Positions 41,986 through 51,580 of a DNA stretch of 64,000 bases are shown piece by piece. The stretch's first letter is position 1. The number at the start of each line of letters is the position of its first letter. A program made the translations under genes and the position numbers. The notes beneath the pieces were generated by a model. The model was not told where the DNA came from, made no database searches, and saw only the letters and a list, made by a program, of their open reading frames with translations. This DNA comes from Symbiobacterium thermophilum (GTDB lineage: Bacteria; Bacillota; Sulfobacillia; DYFQ01): the NCBI GenBank assembly GCA_020725105.1, contig DYFQ01000011.1, positions 1,062 to 65,061 of the forward strand, in the 5' to 3' direction.

Positions 41986-43761
41986 ATGAACTGGGGTTGG
42001 AGCTGGGCGACCGTCCACATCCGCCGGGCGGTGCAGGCGGGGCTTTTCCGGGGCGACAACCGGGGGCACTTCACTCCCGACGCCGGCATCACCAGGGCCG
42101 AGGCCGTGGTGGTCCTGGCCAGGGTCCTGCGCATGCCAACGGTCGCGGTGACCACCCTGACGCCTGAGCGGCGGAGTTTCCGCCCCGCCGATCCCGCGAG
42201 GATAGCCGCCGAACCCGAGACAGGTGCCCTGTTGGTGACGGGCGAGGTCGTGGTAGTCGCGACACCGGGCACCTCGGCGGCCGTCGTCGCCGCGGCCGCG
42301 GAACGGGTCGGGGGAAGAGTCGTCGGGTCGCATCCCGCCCTCGGCCTCTACCAGATCGAGATCGCCGCCGAAGGGGTCGCAGGGGTGGAGGAGGCGGTCG
42401 GGCGGCTGACCGGCCTCCCCGGCGTTGAGTGGGCGGTCCGCAACATAGTCATCGGCGGCAACGTGCGGTGTCCCCGCGACACCTACTGGCTCCGGAGAGA
42501 CGACGGCGAGGCGGCGCCTTGTCGGCCCGCCGGAGATGCCAGGCTGTGGGGACCCCTCATGCTGAAGCTCCCTCAGGCGTGGGGGCTCCGGACCGGCGAC
42601 AGCGTGACGGTCGGGATCATCGAAGGTGATTTCCCGGCCTATCATCCGGACCTGGCAGGGCTGCAGCACGTCCGGCTCCGGGCGGACACACCGGACACAG
42701 GCGAGGCCGACCACGGCGCTCATGTGGCGTGCATCATCGGGGCCCGCGGCGAAAACAACGAAGGCATGGCCGGCGTGCTCTGGAGACCGAACCTGATTGG
42801 CTACTCAACGGCCACCTTTCTTGACATTGCTGAAGCCCTTGAGGCGCTGAGCGAGCACGCACGGGTGATCAACATGAGCCTGGGAGTCGGCTGGAGCGAC
42901 CCGCTCCTGCTAGCGGGCCTGGCCCTGGGGCCGGGTCCTCCCCACGCCAGGGTCGTTCGCGAGGCCAACGAGACCATTCGCTCGGCCATGCAGCGGGCGC
43001 TGAGCCGGGGAGTCCTCGTGGTGGTGTCGGCGGGCAACTACGGCTGGCCCACGGCCTTCGCGTCACCGGCGTCTCTCTCTGCCGTGTTTCCCAACGTGAT
43101 CACCGTCGGCGCCGTTGACGTCCAGGGGAATCGCATGCGGGTCCTGGCGCTGGGTGGCCGAGACCTGGCAGCCTCGAACTACGGGCCGGAGGTGACCATC
43201 GCCGCGCCAGGTGTCAACATCTTCAGTTGCGTGGATCCGGCGGGGCCGGGCAGGAAGAACCGTTCCGACGCCTGGTACGACTACATGACCGGAACCTCCA
43301 TGGCGGCGCGCTTTGTCGCAGGCGTGGCGGCGCTTATCTGGAGCGCCGACCCCGACCTCACCTACGCCGAAGTCAAGAGCATCCTGGTCAGGACCGCGGC
43401 CCCGGCCAGTTTCGACCGCCCTCTCGGCGCGGGCATCGTCAACGCCGAGGCCGCCGTCGCCGCGACGGCGCTGGGCCTGATCCAGAAGGCCCAGCGGGAG
43501 ATGGACCTGGCCGAGACGCGGGAAGGAACCGCCCGTCGGGCCCACCTCGTGCGAGCGATTCGCGAGCTTGACAAGGCCTTGCGACTGAACTGGGAGCCGG
43601 CGGCAAAGGCCGTTGCTCATGTCTTGCGGGCAAAGGCCAGATACGAACTGGAGGACTTCGCCGCCGCCATCGACGACTGCGACAAGGCCCTCGTACTGAA
43701 TCCGAACCTCGCCCCCGCTTACCATATCCGGGCGGCGGCCAGGTTCGCGGTTCCTGGGTGA
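41986..43761 (+). CDS. Divergent subtilase (S8)-like protein with a partial SLH domain and TPR tail; possibly decaying
   Basis: Partial SLH (SWATVHIRRAVQAGLFRGDNRGHFTPDAGITRAEAVVVLARVL) with no signal peptide. S8 motifs VGIIEGDFPAYHPDL (Glu where the catalytic Asp is expected), DHGAHVAC, VVVSAGNYG and GTSMAARFVAG. TPR-like C-terminus. Confidence 0.6.
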   Translation: MNWGWSWATVHIRRAVQAGLFRGDNRGHFTPDAGITRAEAVVVLARVLRMPTVAVTTLTPERRSFRPADPARIAAEPETGALLVTGEVVVVATPGTSAAVVAAAAERVGGRVVGSHPALGLYQIEIAAEGVAGVEEAVGRLTGLPGVEWAVRNIVIGGNVRCPRDTYWLRRDDGEAAPCRPAGDARLWGPLMLKLPQAWGLRTGDSVTVGIIEGDFPAYHPDLAGLQHVRLRADTPDTGEADHGAHVACIIGARGENNEGMAGVLWRPNLIGYSTATFLDIAEALEALSEHARVINMSLGVGWSDPLLLAGLALGPGPPHARVVREANETIRSAMQRALSRGVLVVVSAGNYGWPTAFASPASLSAVFPNVITVGAVDVQGNRMRVLALGGRDLAASNYGPEVTIAAPGVNIFSCVDPAGPGRKNRSDAWYDYMTGTSMAARFVAGVAALIWSADPDLTYAEVKSILVRTAAPASFDRPLGAGIVNAEAAVAATALGLIQKAQREMDLAETREGTARRAHLVRAIRELDKALRLNWEPAAKAVAHVLRAKARYELEDFAAAIDDCDKALVLNPNLAPAYHIRAAARFAVPG

Positions 43762-44320
43762 TCCGGACGGGCCAGGTAACCCCCTCCCTCCGCGAAGAGG
43801 CGCAGGCAGTGGTCGCGGACGCCACCCGAGCCGTCGAGCTCGCACCCGGCGAGCCTCACTACCATGAAATCCGCGGCCGGGCCCTGGTCGCGCTGGGCAC
43901 GCCATTCTTGACTTCAAAGCCGCCGGAGAACCCGACCCGTCCGACGTCGACGCCCTGCTCTGGCGGGGCACGGCCCACTACTACCACGGTGCCTTGACCG
44001 AGGCCCTGGAGTACTACACCAGGGTCACCGAGCGGGCCCAGGAGCCCTGGAAGCTGGCCGAAGGCTGGCTGGGCCGCGCAGAGAGCTTGTTCCGTCTGTT
44101 GCGCTTTGCCGAGGCCATCGCCGCGTATGACCGGGTCCTGGAGCTGAATCCGGCCAGCGTGTTCGCGCTGAACAACCGTGGCGCGGCGAGGGAGAGCCTG
44201 GGTCTGTACGAGGCGGCGCTCCAGGACTACGAGCAAGCCTTGCGCCTGAGACCAGACGACCCAACCGTACGCGGTAACCGTGACAGGGTGCTGCGGTTGC
44301 TGGAGGGCGGCGGGGATTGA
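43758..44320 (+). pseudogene. Out-of-frame continuation of the TPR tail of the preceding gene
   Basis: TPR-like sequence continues in two other frames: ADATRAVELAPGEPHYHEIRGRALVALG (frame of 43758..), then AILDFKAAGEPDPSDVDALLWRGTAHYYHGALTEALEYYTRV..AIAAYDRVLELNPASVFALNNRGAARESLGLYEAALQDYEQALRLRPDDP (frame of 43994..44320). Confidence 0.45.
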
Positions 44321-44555
44321 GACCAGCGGCTGTCGCAGGTAGGGACCAGGGATTGGTCCGGCACAAAGCCATGTAAGGACCTGAAACTCCGCACTGGGGC
44401 TTCTGTCCGTCATTCCCACAACTGTGTCAAATTAGGAGGAAGCACCTTGAATGCGGCGAATTTGGTTTAGCGCTGCATAACCAGCCGTCGTGCGACGGAC
44501 ACGTGGGTAACTATCTCACGCCCCAGGATGGTGCGAGTCGCGGAGGCCTTAGCCA

Positions 44556-46436
44556 GTGAAACTGTCCATTAACGGGCAGCTAGGCCGCAGGCTGCTTCTC
44601 ATGGCCTACGACCTGGGTGCCGTCAACGTTTGTGTGTTATTGGGTCTGATGCTTCGCTTTGATGGTGCCTTGCCCGATCGGTACCTGGGCATCTACGCGC
44701 AATTTGTCTTTCCGTATTCGACGCTGTCATTGCTCGTCTTCTTTCTGAATGGGCTATACCATCGCCTCTGGCAGTTCGCCAGCATCGGCGAACTGTGGGT
44801 GATTCTGCGAGCCGTCCTGATGCAGTCGATGCTCTTCGCAGCACTGGTCCTCTGGTATCCTGCGGCCCGTGGCTTCCCGCGGAGCGTCGTCATCTTTACG
44901 GGGGCCCTCGTTCTGCTGGCGGTGGGGGGCTTCAGACTACTGTGGCGCATGACGAGATACCTTGATTCCGTGACTCGCGGCCGGGGTGCTGGCCACCGTC
45001 GCGTTCTCATCGTCGGGGCAGGCGAAGCCGGAGCCACGGTGGTCAAGGAACTCAGGAACCACCCGGAAGTAGGGATGTTTCCCGTCGGTATCGTGGACGA
45101 TGACCCCCGTAAGCGAGGTCTGCGGCTCCATGGCGTAAAGGTAATTGGGTGCGTCGAGGAACTCCCCAAGCTTGCGGAAGAACACGACCCCAACGAGGTG
45201 GTGTTCGCCATACCCTCGGCGCCCCCGAGCAAGCTGAGGGAGGTCATGGGCCACTGCCAACGCCTAGGGTTAAAGCTAAAGACCATGCCAGGACTGTACG
45301 AGTTGCTGGGAGGCCGAGTTACAGTCGATCACATCCGGCCCGTTCAACTGGAAGACCTGTTGGGCCGTAAGCCTGTTGAACTGAACCTAGAACAGATAGC
45401 AGGTTACCTGGGCAACCAGACGGTTCTCGTCACCGGTGCCGGTGGCTCCATCGGCTCCGAGCTCTGCCGACAGGTGGCCCGTTTCCGGCCAGAGTTGCTA
45501 GTGCTGCTTGACCATGATGAGAATGGGGTATTTGAGACGGCGCTTACTCTCGACGCCGACATGCCAGACGTCAGGAAGAAGATCGTGATAGCGGATATCA
45601 GAGACCGGACCAAGATTGCCCACGTCTTCGCCACCTACAAGCCAAGCATCACCTTCCACGCGGCTGCCCATAAACACGTTCCTCTGATGGAAGAGCATCC
45701 TGACGAAGCAATAAAGACGAACGTTCTCGGTACACGGAATGTAGCTGAGGCCGCACGAGAGCACGGCTGCAAGCATTTTGTGCTTATCTCGACTGACAAG
45801 GCTGTCAACCCCACCAGCGTCATGGGTGCCAGCAAGCGGCTCGCGGAAATCACAGTCCTTGGAATGAATGGCGATGACTGCGGCACGCGGTTCGTGGCGG
45901 TGAGGTTCGGAAACGTGATCGGGAGCCGCGGCAGTGTGGTGCCCATATTCCAGGCTCAGATTGCCCGTGGCGGGCCGGTGACTGTGACCCACCCTGAGAT
46001 GACCCGTTACTTCATGACGACTCCGGAGGCGGTGCAACTGGTCATCCAGGCAGCAGCCATGGGTAAGGGCGGCGAGATCTTCGCTCTTGACATGGGTGAA
46101 CCGGTGAAAATAGTGGACTTAGCTGAGAACATGATACGGTTGTCGGGATACGAGCCCGGCAAGGACATCCCCATCGTGTTTACGGGCATCCGGCCGGGCG
46201 AGAGGCTTTCGGAGAGTGTTTTCTCCGGCGCAGAATCACTCTCGCCCACGGCCCACCCGCGGATCTGGCAGGCTGACGGTCTATCCGGCCAGCCGGAGCA
46301 CATCGGCCAGCTCTTGGCTGAAGGCCTGCAGAGCTTGGAGAGGCTCCTCTTCGGCTCGACAACTGAGGTCGCAGCCGGGCGGCTTGAGAGAGAACTGCAC
46401 GCCCTTGTGGCCTACCCAGTGCGGGCAGCAGACTAG
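44556..46436 (+). CDS. Membrane-anchored UDP-sugar 4,6-dehydratase (CapD/WbpM/PglF family)
   Basis: GTG start about 10 nt after GGAGG. Four N-terminal TM segments, RVLIVGAGEAG, VLVTGAGGSIGSEL, HAAAHKHVPLME and FVLISTDKAVNPTSVMGASKR. Confidence 0.9.
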   Translation: MKLSINGQLGRRLLLMAYDLGAVNVCVLLGLMLRFDGALPDRYLGIYAQFVFPYSTLSLLVFFLNGLYHRLWQFASIGELWVILRAVLMQSMLFAALVLWYPAARGFPRSVVIFTGALVLLAVGGFRLLWRMTRYLDSVTRGRGAGHRRVLIVGAGEAGATVVKELRNHPEVGMFPVGIVDDDPRKRGLRLHGVKVIGCVEELPKLAEEHDPNEVVFAIPSAPPSKLREVMGHCQRLGLKLKTMPGLYELLGGRVTVDHIRPVQLEDLLGRKPVELNLEQIAGYLGNQTVLVTGAGGSIGSELCRQVARFRPELLVLLDHDENGVFETALTLDADMPDVRKKIVIADIRDRTKIAHVFATYKPSITFHAAAHKHVPLMEEHPDEAIKTNVLGTRNVAEAAREHGCKHFVLISTDKAVNPTSVMGASKRLAEITVLGMNGDDCGTRFVAVRFGNVIGSRGSVVPIFQAQIARGGPVTVTHPEMTRYFMTTPEAVQLVIQAAAMGKGGEIFALDMGEPVKIVDLAENMIRLSGYEPGKDIPIVFTGIRPGERLSESVFSGAESLSPTAHPRIWQADGLSGQPEHIGQLLAEGLQSLERLLFGSTTEVAAGRLERELHALVAYPVRAAD

Positions 46437-47137
46437 AAATCCGCTCGACTGTCTTGGCGGCCGAAGTCATAGTTCACGCCGGATGGGGCGTACAGCCCAC
46501 GCCTGTTTAGCAGTACCGGGATTGTTCGAAGCACGATGCAGAGATCCAGCCAAGGCGTCCAGTGATCAACGTACCAGACATCGTAGCTGATCCGTTCCTC
46601 CCAGGTAAGCGCATTCCGGCCGTGTATTTGGGCCCATCCGGTTATCCCCGGTCTGACTTCCAGCCGCCGCCTTTGGAAGTCGTCATAGGCAGCCACCTGG
46701 TGGGGAAGGGCGGGCCGCGGGCCCACAAGACTCATTTCCCCAAGCCAGACGTTGATGAGTTGGGGCAGCTCGTCCAATCCCCAAGAACGCAGGAGCCGCC
46801 CTACTCGAGTTATCCTTGGATCGTTGGCAGCTACATTCAGTCCGAGCCCCGTCTGTTCTGCCCCATGGATCATGGTCCTGAATTTCCAGATCCTAAAGGG
46901 CTTGCCTTTCATGCCGATACGCAACTGCCTAAAGAAAACGGGCCCGGGAGAATCAAGGCGGACTATGACCGCCCCTATCAGGAACGGAAGCCCCAACGCT
47001 ACCAGCAAGACGCTGCTCAGCGTGAAATCAGTCATTCTTTTTACGGCAGAATACAGAGCCCTCACGGGTAACACCCTCAAGAAGCCTGTCGTCCGGTTTG
47101 GGCGTCCCCTTGCCGGTGCAGGCATGCGTTCAGGCAT
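46433..47137 (-). CDS. Small phosphoglycosyl transferase (bacterial sugar transferase, PglC/WbaP-C-terminal type)
   Basis: KRMTDFTLSSVLLVALGLPFLIGAVIVRLDSPGPVFFRQLRIGMKGKPFRIWKFRTM, DELPQLINV, LVGPRP and PGITGWAQI. Confidence 0.85.
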   Translation of the reverse strand: MPERMPAPARGRPNRTTGFLRVLPVRALYSAVKRMTDFTLSSVLLVALGLPFLIGAVIVRLDSPGPVFFRQLRIGMKGKPFRIWKFRTMIHGAEQTGLGLNVAANDPRITRVGRLLRSWGLDELPQLINVWLGEMSLVGPRPALPHQVAAYDDFQRRRLEVRPGITGWAQIHGRNALTWEERISYDVWYVDHWTPWLDLCIVLRTIPVLLNRRGLYAPSGVNYDFGRQDSRADF

Positions 47138-48266
47138 GCGTTCTGAGGGCGTAGCTCAGCCTGTCGACCACGTAGTCGATCTGGCCTTCGGTCAGGTTGT
47201 TGTAAAAGGGAATGGCAACACTACAACTACCCAGTTGCTCGGCTACCGGGAAATCGCCCTCCCGGTATCCAAACATCTGGCGGTAGAAGGGCTGCAAATG
47301 GATCGGCGTGAAGTAGGGTCGACACTCAACACCGGCTTCAAGTAGAGACTCCATGACAACGTCACGGTTAATGCCCTTGTCCAGCCTTATCACATAAACA
47401 AACCAGGACATCGTGGTTACCTCAGGGGCGACGTGGGGAATACGTACGCCTGCCAGGCCGGAGAGCCGCTCGGCGTATATCTTCGCGACGCGGGCCCGCT
47501 TGGCCAGTAGTTCGTCTATGCGCTGCATTTGAGCTACGCCTAGTGCGGCGGAAAGCTCATCCATCCGGTAGTTGTAACCGAGGCGGTCGTGGGAAAGCCA
47601 CGGTCCGGATTCCATCCGGCCCTGGTTACGCAGGCTTCGGCAGAGCCGGGCGACCTCGGAATCGTTGGTGACGATCATGCCGCCCTCACCGGTGGTGATT
47701 TGCTTATTCGGGTAGAAGGCGAAAGCGGCAGCGTGAGCATAGGTAGGAGAACCGCATCGCTTCCCCTTATACGCGGAGCCGAGGGACTCGCAGGCATCCT
47801 CGATGACCACCAGTCCATGCTTGTTCGCGATCTCCCGGATCTTGTCTAGCTCCGCCGGATGCCCAAAAGCGTCAACAGGCAAAATCGCCTTGGTCCGTGA
47901 TGTGATGGCTGACTCAATGAGAGCGGGATCGATGTTTCCCGTTTCTGGTTGGACGTCCACGAACACGGGCTTGGCATGCTCATAAAGAATGCAGTTAGCC
48001 GAAGCCACAAAGCTGAAAGGGGTGGTAATCACCTCGTCCCCGTCGCCGATGCTGAATGCCCGGATGAGTAGATGCAACGCACTGGTTCCGCTACTGACGG
48101 CGATACCAAAGGTGGCACCTACGAAGGTTGAGACTAGTCGTTCCAATTCCTCGGCACGCGGTCCAAGTGCCAAGAACGGGCTCCTCAGAACGGACAAGAC
48201 AGCTTCCACTTCAAGGGCTGTTATGTCAGGTCTGGACAGAGGAACAATCATGGAAGAGGCACTCAA
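47130..48266 (-). CDS. DegT/DnrJ/EryC1/StrS-family sugar aminotransferase (PglE-like)
   Basis: GPRAEELE, VSSGTSALHL, VIEDACESLGS and FAFYPNKQITTGEGGMIV (PLP-Lys context). Confidence 0.9.
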   Translation of the reverse strand: MSASSMIVPLSRPDITALEVEAVLSVLRSPFLALGPRAEELERLVSTFVGATFGIAVSSGTSALHLLIRAFSIGDGDEVITTPFSFVASANCILYEHAKPVFVDVQPETGNIDPALIESAITSRTKAILPVDAFGHPAELDKIREIANKHGLVVIEDACESLGSAYKGKRCGSPTYAHAAAFAFYPNKQITTGEGGMIVTNDSEVARLCRSLRNQGRMESGPWLSHDRLGYNYRMDELSAALGVAQMQRIDELLAKRARVAKIYAERLSGLAGVRIPHVAPEVTTMSWFVYVIRLDKGINRDVVMESLLEAGVECRPYFTPIHLQPFYRQMFGYREGDFPVAEQLGSCSVAIPFYNNLTEGQIDYVVDRLSYALRTHA

Positions 48267-48922
48267 CGTTCTATTGAACGAACTGGCTTTGCTGGCACAC
48301 CCACTGCAACCACCCCTGGCGGTATATCTCTAACCACTGCTGCGCCCGCGCCAATTACGCTCCAGTTACCCACAGTAACCTTGTTGATCACGCATGCGTT
48401 TAGTCCAAAGTAGCAGCCTTCGCCCACTACGACCTCGCCCGCTAGGTTCGTCCCCGGCATTAGACTCGCAAAATCGCCGAGGACGGTGTCATGTCCGACG
48501 CGACACCCCAAGTTTAGGATGCCATGCTTGCCAATGTCTATGTTGGTTGTTAAGATGCATCCAGCGCAGATGATACTGCCAGCCCCAACTCTTACATGCC
48601 GCGACATGATGACAGATGGGTGGATTAGGGTCGCAAATTCCATACCCTGCGTCTCAATGTCTGCAACCATTTGACTCCGGAGCCTCGGATCCCCTATGGC
48701 GCAGGAGACAAAAGGCTTAGGTGACATCCTGTACAGATAACTACGGTCACCGAGGATCGCGTATCCCTCTACTGTCTTTCCATGTACGTGATCGTCTATG
48801 AAGCCGATGAGATCCCAGGTTGGATTCGTGGCATTAAGATCCCGAACAAGCCAAGCCACCTCTCGGCCGAAGCCTCCAGCCCCGACGACTACGAGGGGTT
48901 TGACGTTCCTACCCTTAGGCAT
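48263..48922 (-). CDS. NeuD/PglD-family sugar N-acetyltransferase (left-handed beta-helix)
   Basis: Internal ATG at 48922. KPLVVVGAGGFGREVAWLV..LIGFIDD followed by hexapeptide repeats (IHPSVIMSRHVRVGAGSIICAGCILTTNIDIGKHGILN..). Confidence 0.85.
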   Translation of the reverse strand: MPKGRNVKPLVVVGAGGFGREVAWLVRDLNATNPTWDLIGFIDDHVHGKTVEGYAILGDRSYLYRMSPKPFVSCAIGDPRLRSQMVADIETQGMEFATLIHPSVIMSRHVRVGAGSIICAGCILTTNIDIGKHGILNLGCRVGHDTVLGDFASLMPGTNLAGEVVVGEGCYFGLNACVINKVTVGNWSVIGAGAAVVRDIPPGVVAVGVPAKPVRSIER

Positions 48923-49101
48923 CCCTGATCTTGTCAACCCCCAAAGTATTAAGGTAGTCCGTTCCGTGCGCTGGTAGCAGGCCACCAGAATGGGTTTTGG
49001 ACTGACCATAACCTTCTGGCAAACAGCGGCTTCCCCAGGGAATTTGGCTACTTATTGCGGGACCACCCGTTTGGTCTGAGGCCAATTGCAGATTCCGCCC
49101 T

Positions 49102-49137
49102 AAAATTGACCCCTTTTTCGCCTGAAAACTGACCCCT
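49102..49137. repeat. IS21-type subterminal direct repeats
   Basis: AAAATTGACCCCT (49102-49114) and AAAACTGACCCCT (49125-49137). A related TTGTCAACCCCC lies at the terminus (~48931). Confidence 0.6.
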
Positions 49138-49173
49138 CCCACGAGCCTCAGCAGGATTCGGGACCAGAGCCGA

Positions 49174-49946
49174 TCAGTCCTGGCGATCACCCCGTGCGGG
49201 CGGCTTCCAGTTGAGCTTGTCCTTGAGGCGATAGCTTGGGCCGTTGATCGCGAACACGATGCTATGGTGCAGTAGCCGGTCCAGGATGGCGGCGGCGATG
49301 ACCGGGTCGCCGAAGACCTGGGCCCATTCCTGGAAGGGCCGGTTGGTGGTGATCGCCAGGGACATGTTCTCGTACGGCCGGCTGATGTTTGAAAGAACAG
49401 GTTCGCCTTGGTCGGCTCCGACATCGGCAGATAGCCCACCTCATCGATCACGAGCAGGTCCGGGCGCGTCAGCGTTGTGAGCAGTCGGCCAAGGGTCCGG
49501 TTGACCGATGCGGCCAGGAGTTGGTCGAGCAGGTCGGCCGCTTTCACGAAGAGCACGGTCTTGTGAGCCTCGCAGGCCTTTATGCCGACGGCTATCGCCA
49601 GGTGGGACTTGCCGGTGTTCGGCGGACCGACCCACACAAGATTGACCGCTTCTTGCAGAAAGCCCAGCGTCGCCAGCTCGCGTACCGCGGCGGCATTCAG
49701 CCACGGCTGAAAGCTGAAGTCGAAGGCCTCGAGGGTGCAAAAGGCGGGAAAGTGGGCCCGAGCGAGCCGGGCCCGGATGGACCGGTCTGTCTTGGCCGCC
49801 GCTTCCAGATCGACCAGCCGACCGAGGTAGGCCACAAAGCTGCTCTGGCTCTTGGCGGCCAGATCGGCTTCCGCCTCGAAGGCGTCGGCCATGGTCCGCA
49901 GCCCGAGCTGACGCAGCTGGACGCGGACGCGCTCGATCTCGGTCAT
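49174..49946 (-). pseudogene. istB: IS21-family helper ATPase IstB, 1-nt frameshift
   Basis: VGPPNTGKSHLAIA and LLVIDEVGYLPMSEPTKANLFFQ in one frame, then (N)ISRPYENMSLAITTNRPFQEWAQVFGDPVIAAAILDRLLHHSIVFAINGPSYRLKD in the next (track ORF 49174..49365). The shift is at about 49386-49393 (TTTCAAACA run). Confidence 0.8.
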
Positions 49947-50281
49947 CGGGCATCACCAGCCTCAGCCTGGACCGCGCGGTCGTAGTCCCGCAGGTCGCGG
50001 TACACCTGGATGCAGGGGACCTCGATGCGGCCGTTTGGCTCGGCCGCCGGAGCTACGGTCTCGAGCGCCACGCTGGCGAGCAGGCTGGCGATGAACCCAG
50101 GCGTGAGGGCGCGGTACCGCATGGCCATCCCGAAGGCCCAACGCATCGAGTCGGCAGGATAGACCGCAGCCAGGAACAAGCACCGCCCGCAGCGCGTCGG
50201 CCGGCTTTCGCACCTGCGCCTGACAAAGCGCCTCCAGGAAGGTAGAATGGCCACCGCAGTGGGCAGCATCACCGGTGACAT
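49943..50281 (-). pseudogene. C-terminal fragment of the IS21-family transposase IstA
   Basis: About 110 codons ending ..RIEVPCIQVYRDLRDYDRAVQAEAGDAR with ATGA-type overlap to istB, as in IS21 elements. The catalytic and HTH regions are absent. Confidence 0.5.
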
Positions 50282-50323
50282 AACACGTTCCCTACGAAAG
50301 CTCCCAAAAGATCATGACCGCGC

Positions 50324-51580
50324 TTAGCAAGAGCGGAGCGCGGCATGAGTCGATTCCTCCGTTAGCTCCCGCAGGATTTCGTCAAGTTTGCTAACAAGCT
50401 GGTTCAGCGCGTGGTATTTCTCAACGTACCGCCTACCACGCAACCCCATCTCCCGTCGCTCTTCAGGGGACATCTCTGCCAGCTTACGAATGGCCTGGGC
50501 TAAGTTCGAGGGGTCTCCCGGTCCGACGGTCACACCTGCTTGGGCTTCTTCAACTGGGTTGAAAGGTGTACTTACGCAAAACACCACCGGCCGCGCCGAA
50601 ACCATGTAATCGAACAGCTTGTTCGGGCTAATTCCCCAGCGAAACAGGGGTGAATTCTGTAGCACCATCACAAAGGCATCCGCTTCGGCTAGAAGCTTAT
50701 AAACGTCCTGCTTAGGTAAAGCGTGTTCAAAACTAACATTGACCAGTCCTAACTCTTGTGCTCTTCGGATCAGGGCAGGCTTCTCGGGACCATCTCCGAC
50801 CAAGCGGAACCGGATGCGTTCAGCCCATCCGTCTTGCTGAAGTAGGTTTGCTGCCTCAAGGACGAGACCAAGCCCGTTCGCCAAACTATGAGCCCCGGCA
50901 TACATTACAGTGAGCACCTCGCTCTGTCGTGGGGGCCAGAGGTTTGAGAGGTTTGGAATCAAATGCAGGTCGATACCGTTAGGGATCCAAATCACCTTGG
51001 ATGGGTTGACACCTTTCTCTTCCATGTGGCCGGAGGCCCCTGGAAGAAGCGTGACGATGCGTCTTGCACGGCGGTACAAGTAGCGCTCGATGCCCTCGAG
51101 CATGGCGACAAAAGGATGATAACGGGGAAAATTGCCCAGATCAACGAGGGTCTGCGGCCAGATGTCCCGCACTTCTAGCACGAAAGGCACCGCGTAGCGC
51201 GCGGCAAGGCGTTCGGCGGCCAGTGCTGCGAAGAGGTGGGGGCTCGACCCAAGGATCACATCGGGTTTGCCCAAGACCTTATGGGTCGCCGTACGCCAAA
51301 CCTGGTGCGCAAAAGCAATCATGTTTCGGACCCGCGCTGAAGTGTTACCCGCATAAGGCGGTGTGCGTAGCCAGAGGAAGCGGACGCCCCGTACGTCTTC
51401 AAGTTTGTAGCGCTCGCCTCGCTGCAAGTGAAGCTCTCGCCGGGCCGTGTGGTCAAAGCTCGAGGCCACGAGGGTCACGCTGTGACCCCGCCGAACAAGT
51501 TCCTTGGCTAACGTATAGTGTCTGGTGCCTCCGGCTAGGTTTGGAGGGACGGCGTAATGATTCACAATCCAGATGTTCAT
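50324..51580 (-). CDS. GT4-family glycosyltransferase (WbuB-like)
   Basis: Internal ATG at 51580 overlaps the wecB stop (ATGA). MNIWIVNHYAVPPNLAGGTRHYTLAKELVRRGHSVTLV and the C-terminal EX7E-region-like PNKLFDYMVSARPVV. Confidence 0.85.
   Translation of the reverse strand: MNIWIVNHYAVPPNLAGGTRHYTLAKELVRRGHSVTLVASSFDHTARRELHLQRGERYKLEDVRGVRFLWLRTPPYAGNTSARVRNMIAFAHQVWRTATHKVLGKPDVILGSSPHLFAALAAERLAARYAVPFVLEVRDIWPQTLVDLGNFPRYHPFVAMLEGIERYLYRRARRIVTLLPGASGHMEEKGVNPSKVIWIPNGIDLHLIPNLSNLWPPRQSEVLTVMYAGAHSLANGLGLVLEAANLLQQDGWAERIRFRLVGDGPEKPALIRRAQELGLVNVSFEHALPKQDVYKLLAEADAFVMVLQNSPLFRWGISPNKLFDYMVSARPVVFCVSTPFNPVEEAQAGVTVGPGDPSNLAQAIRKLAEMSPEERREMGLRGRRYVEKYHALNQLVSKLDEILRELTEESTHAALRSC

Larger units (their letters stand above)
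48932..50300 (-). mobile_element. 5'-truncated IS21-family element remnant (istA 3' fragment + frameshifted istB + terminal repeats)
   Basis: See the istA and istB features. The outer end is near 48932 (TGTCAACCCCC), about 10 nt from the pglD-like ATG. The upstream limit is undefined but lies before 50324. Confidence 0.75.
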
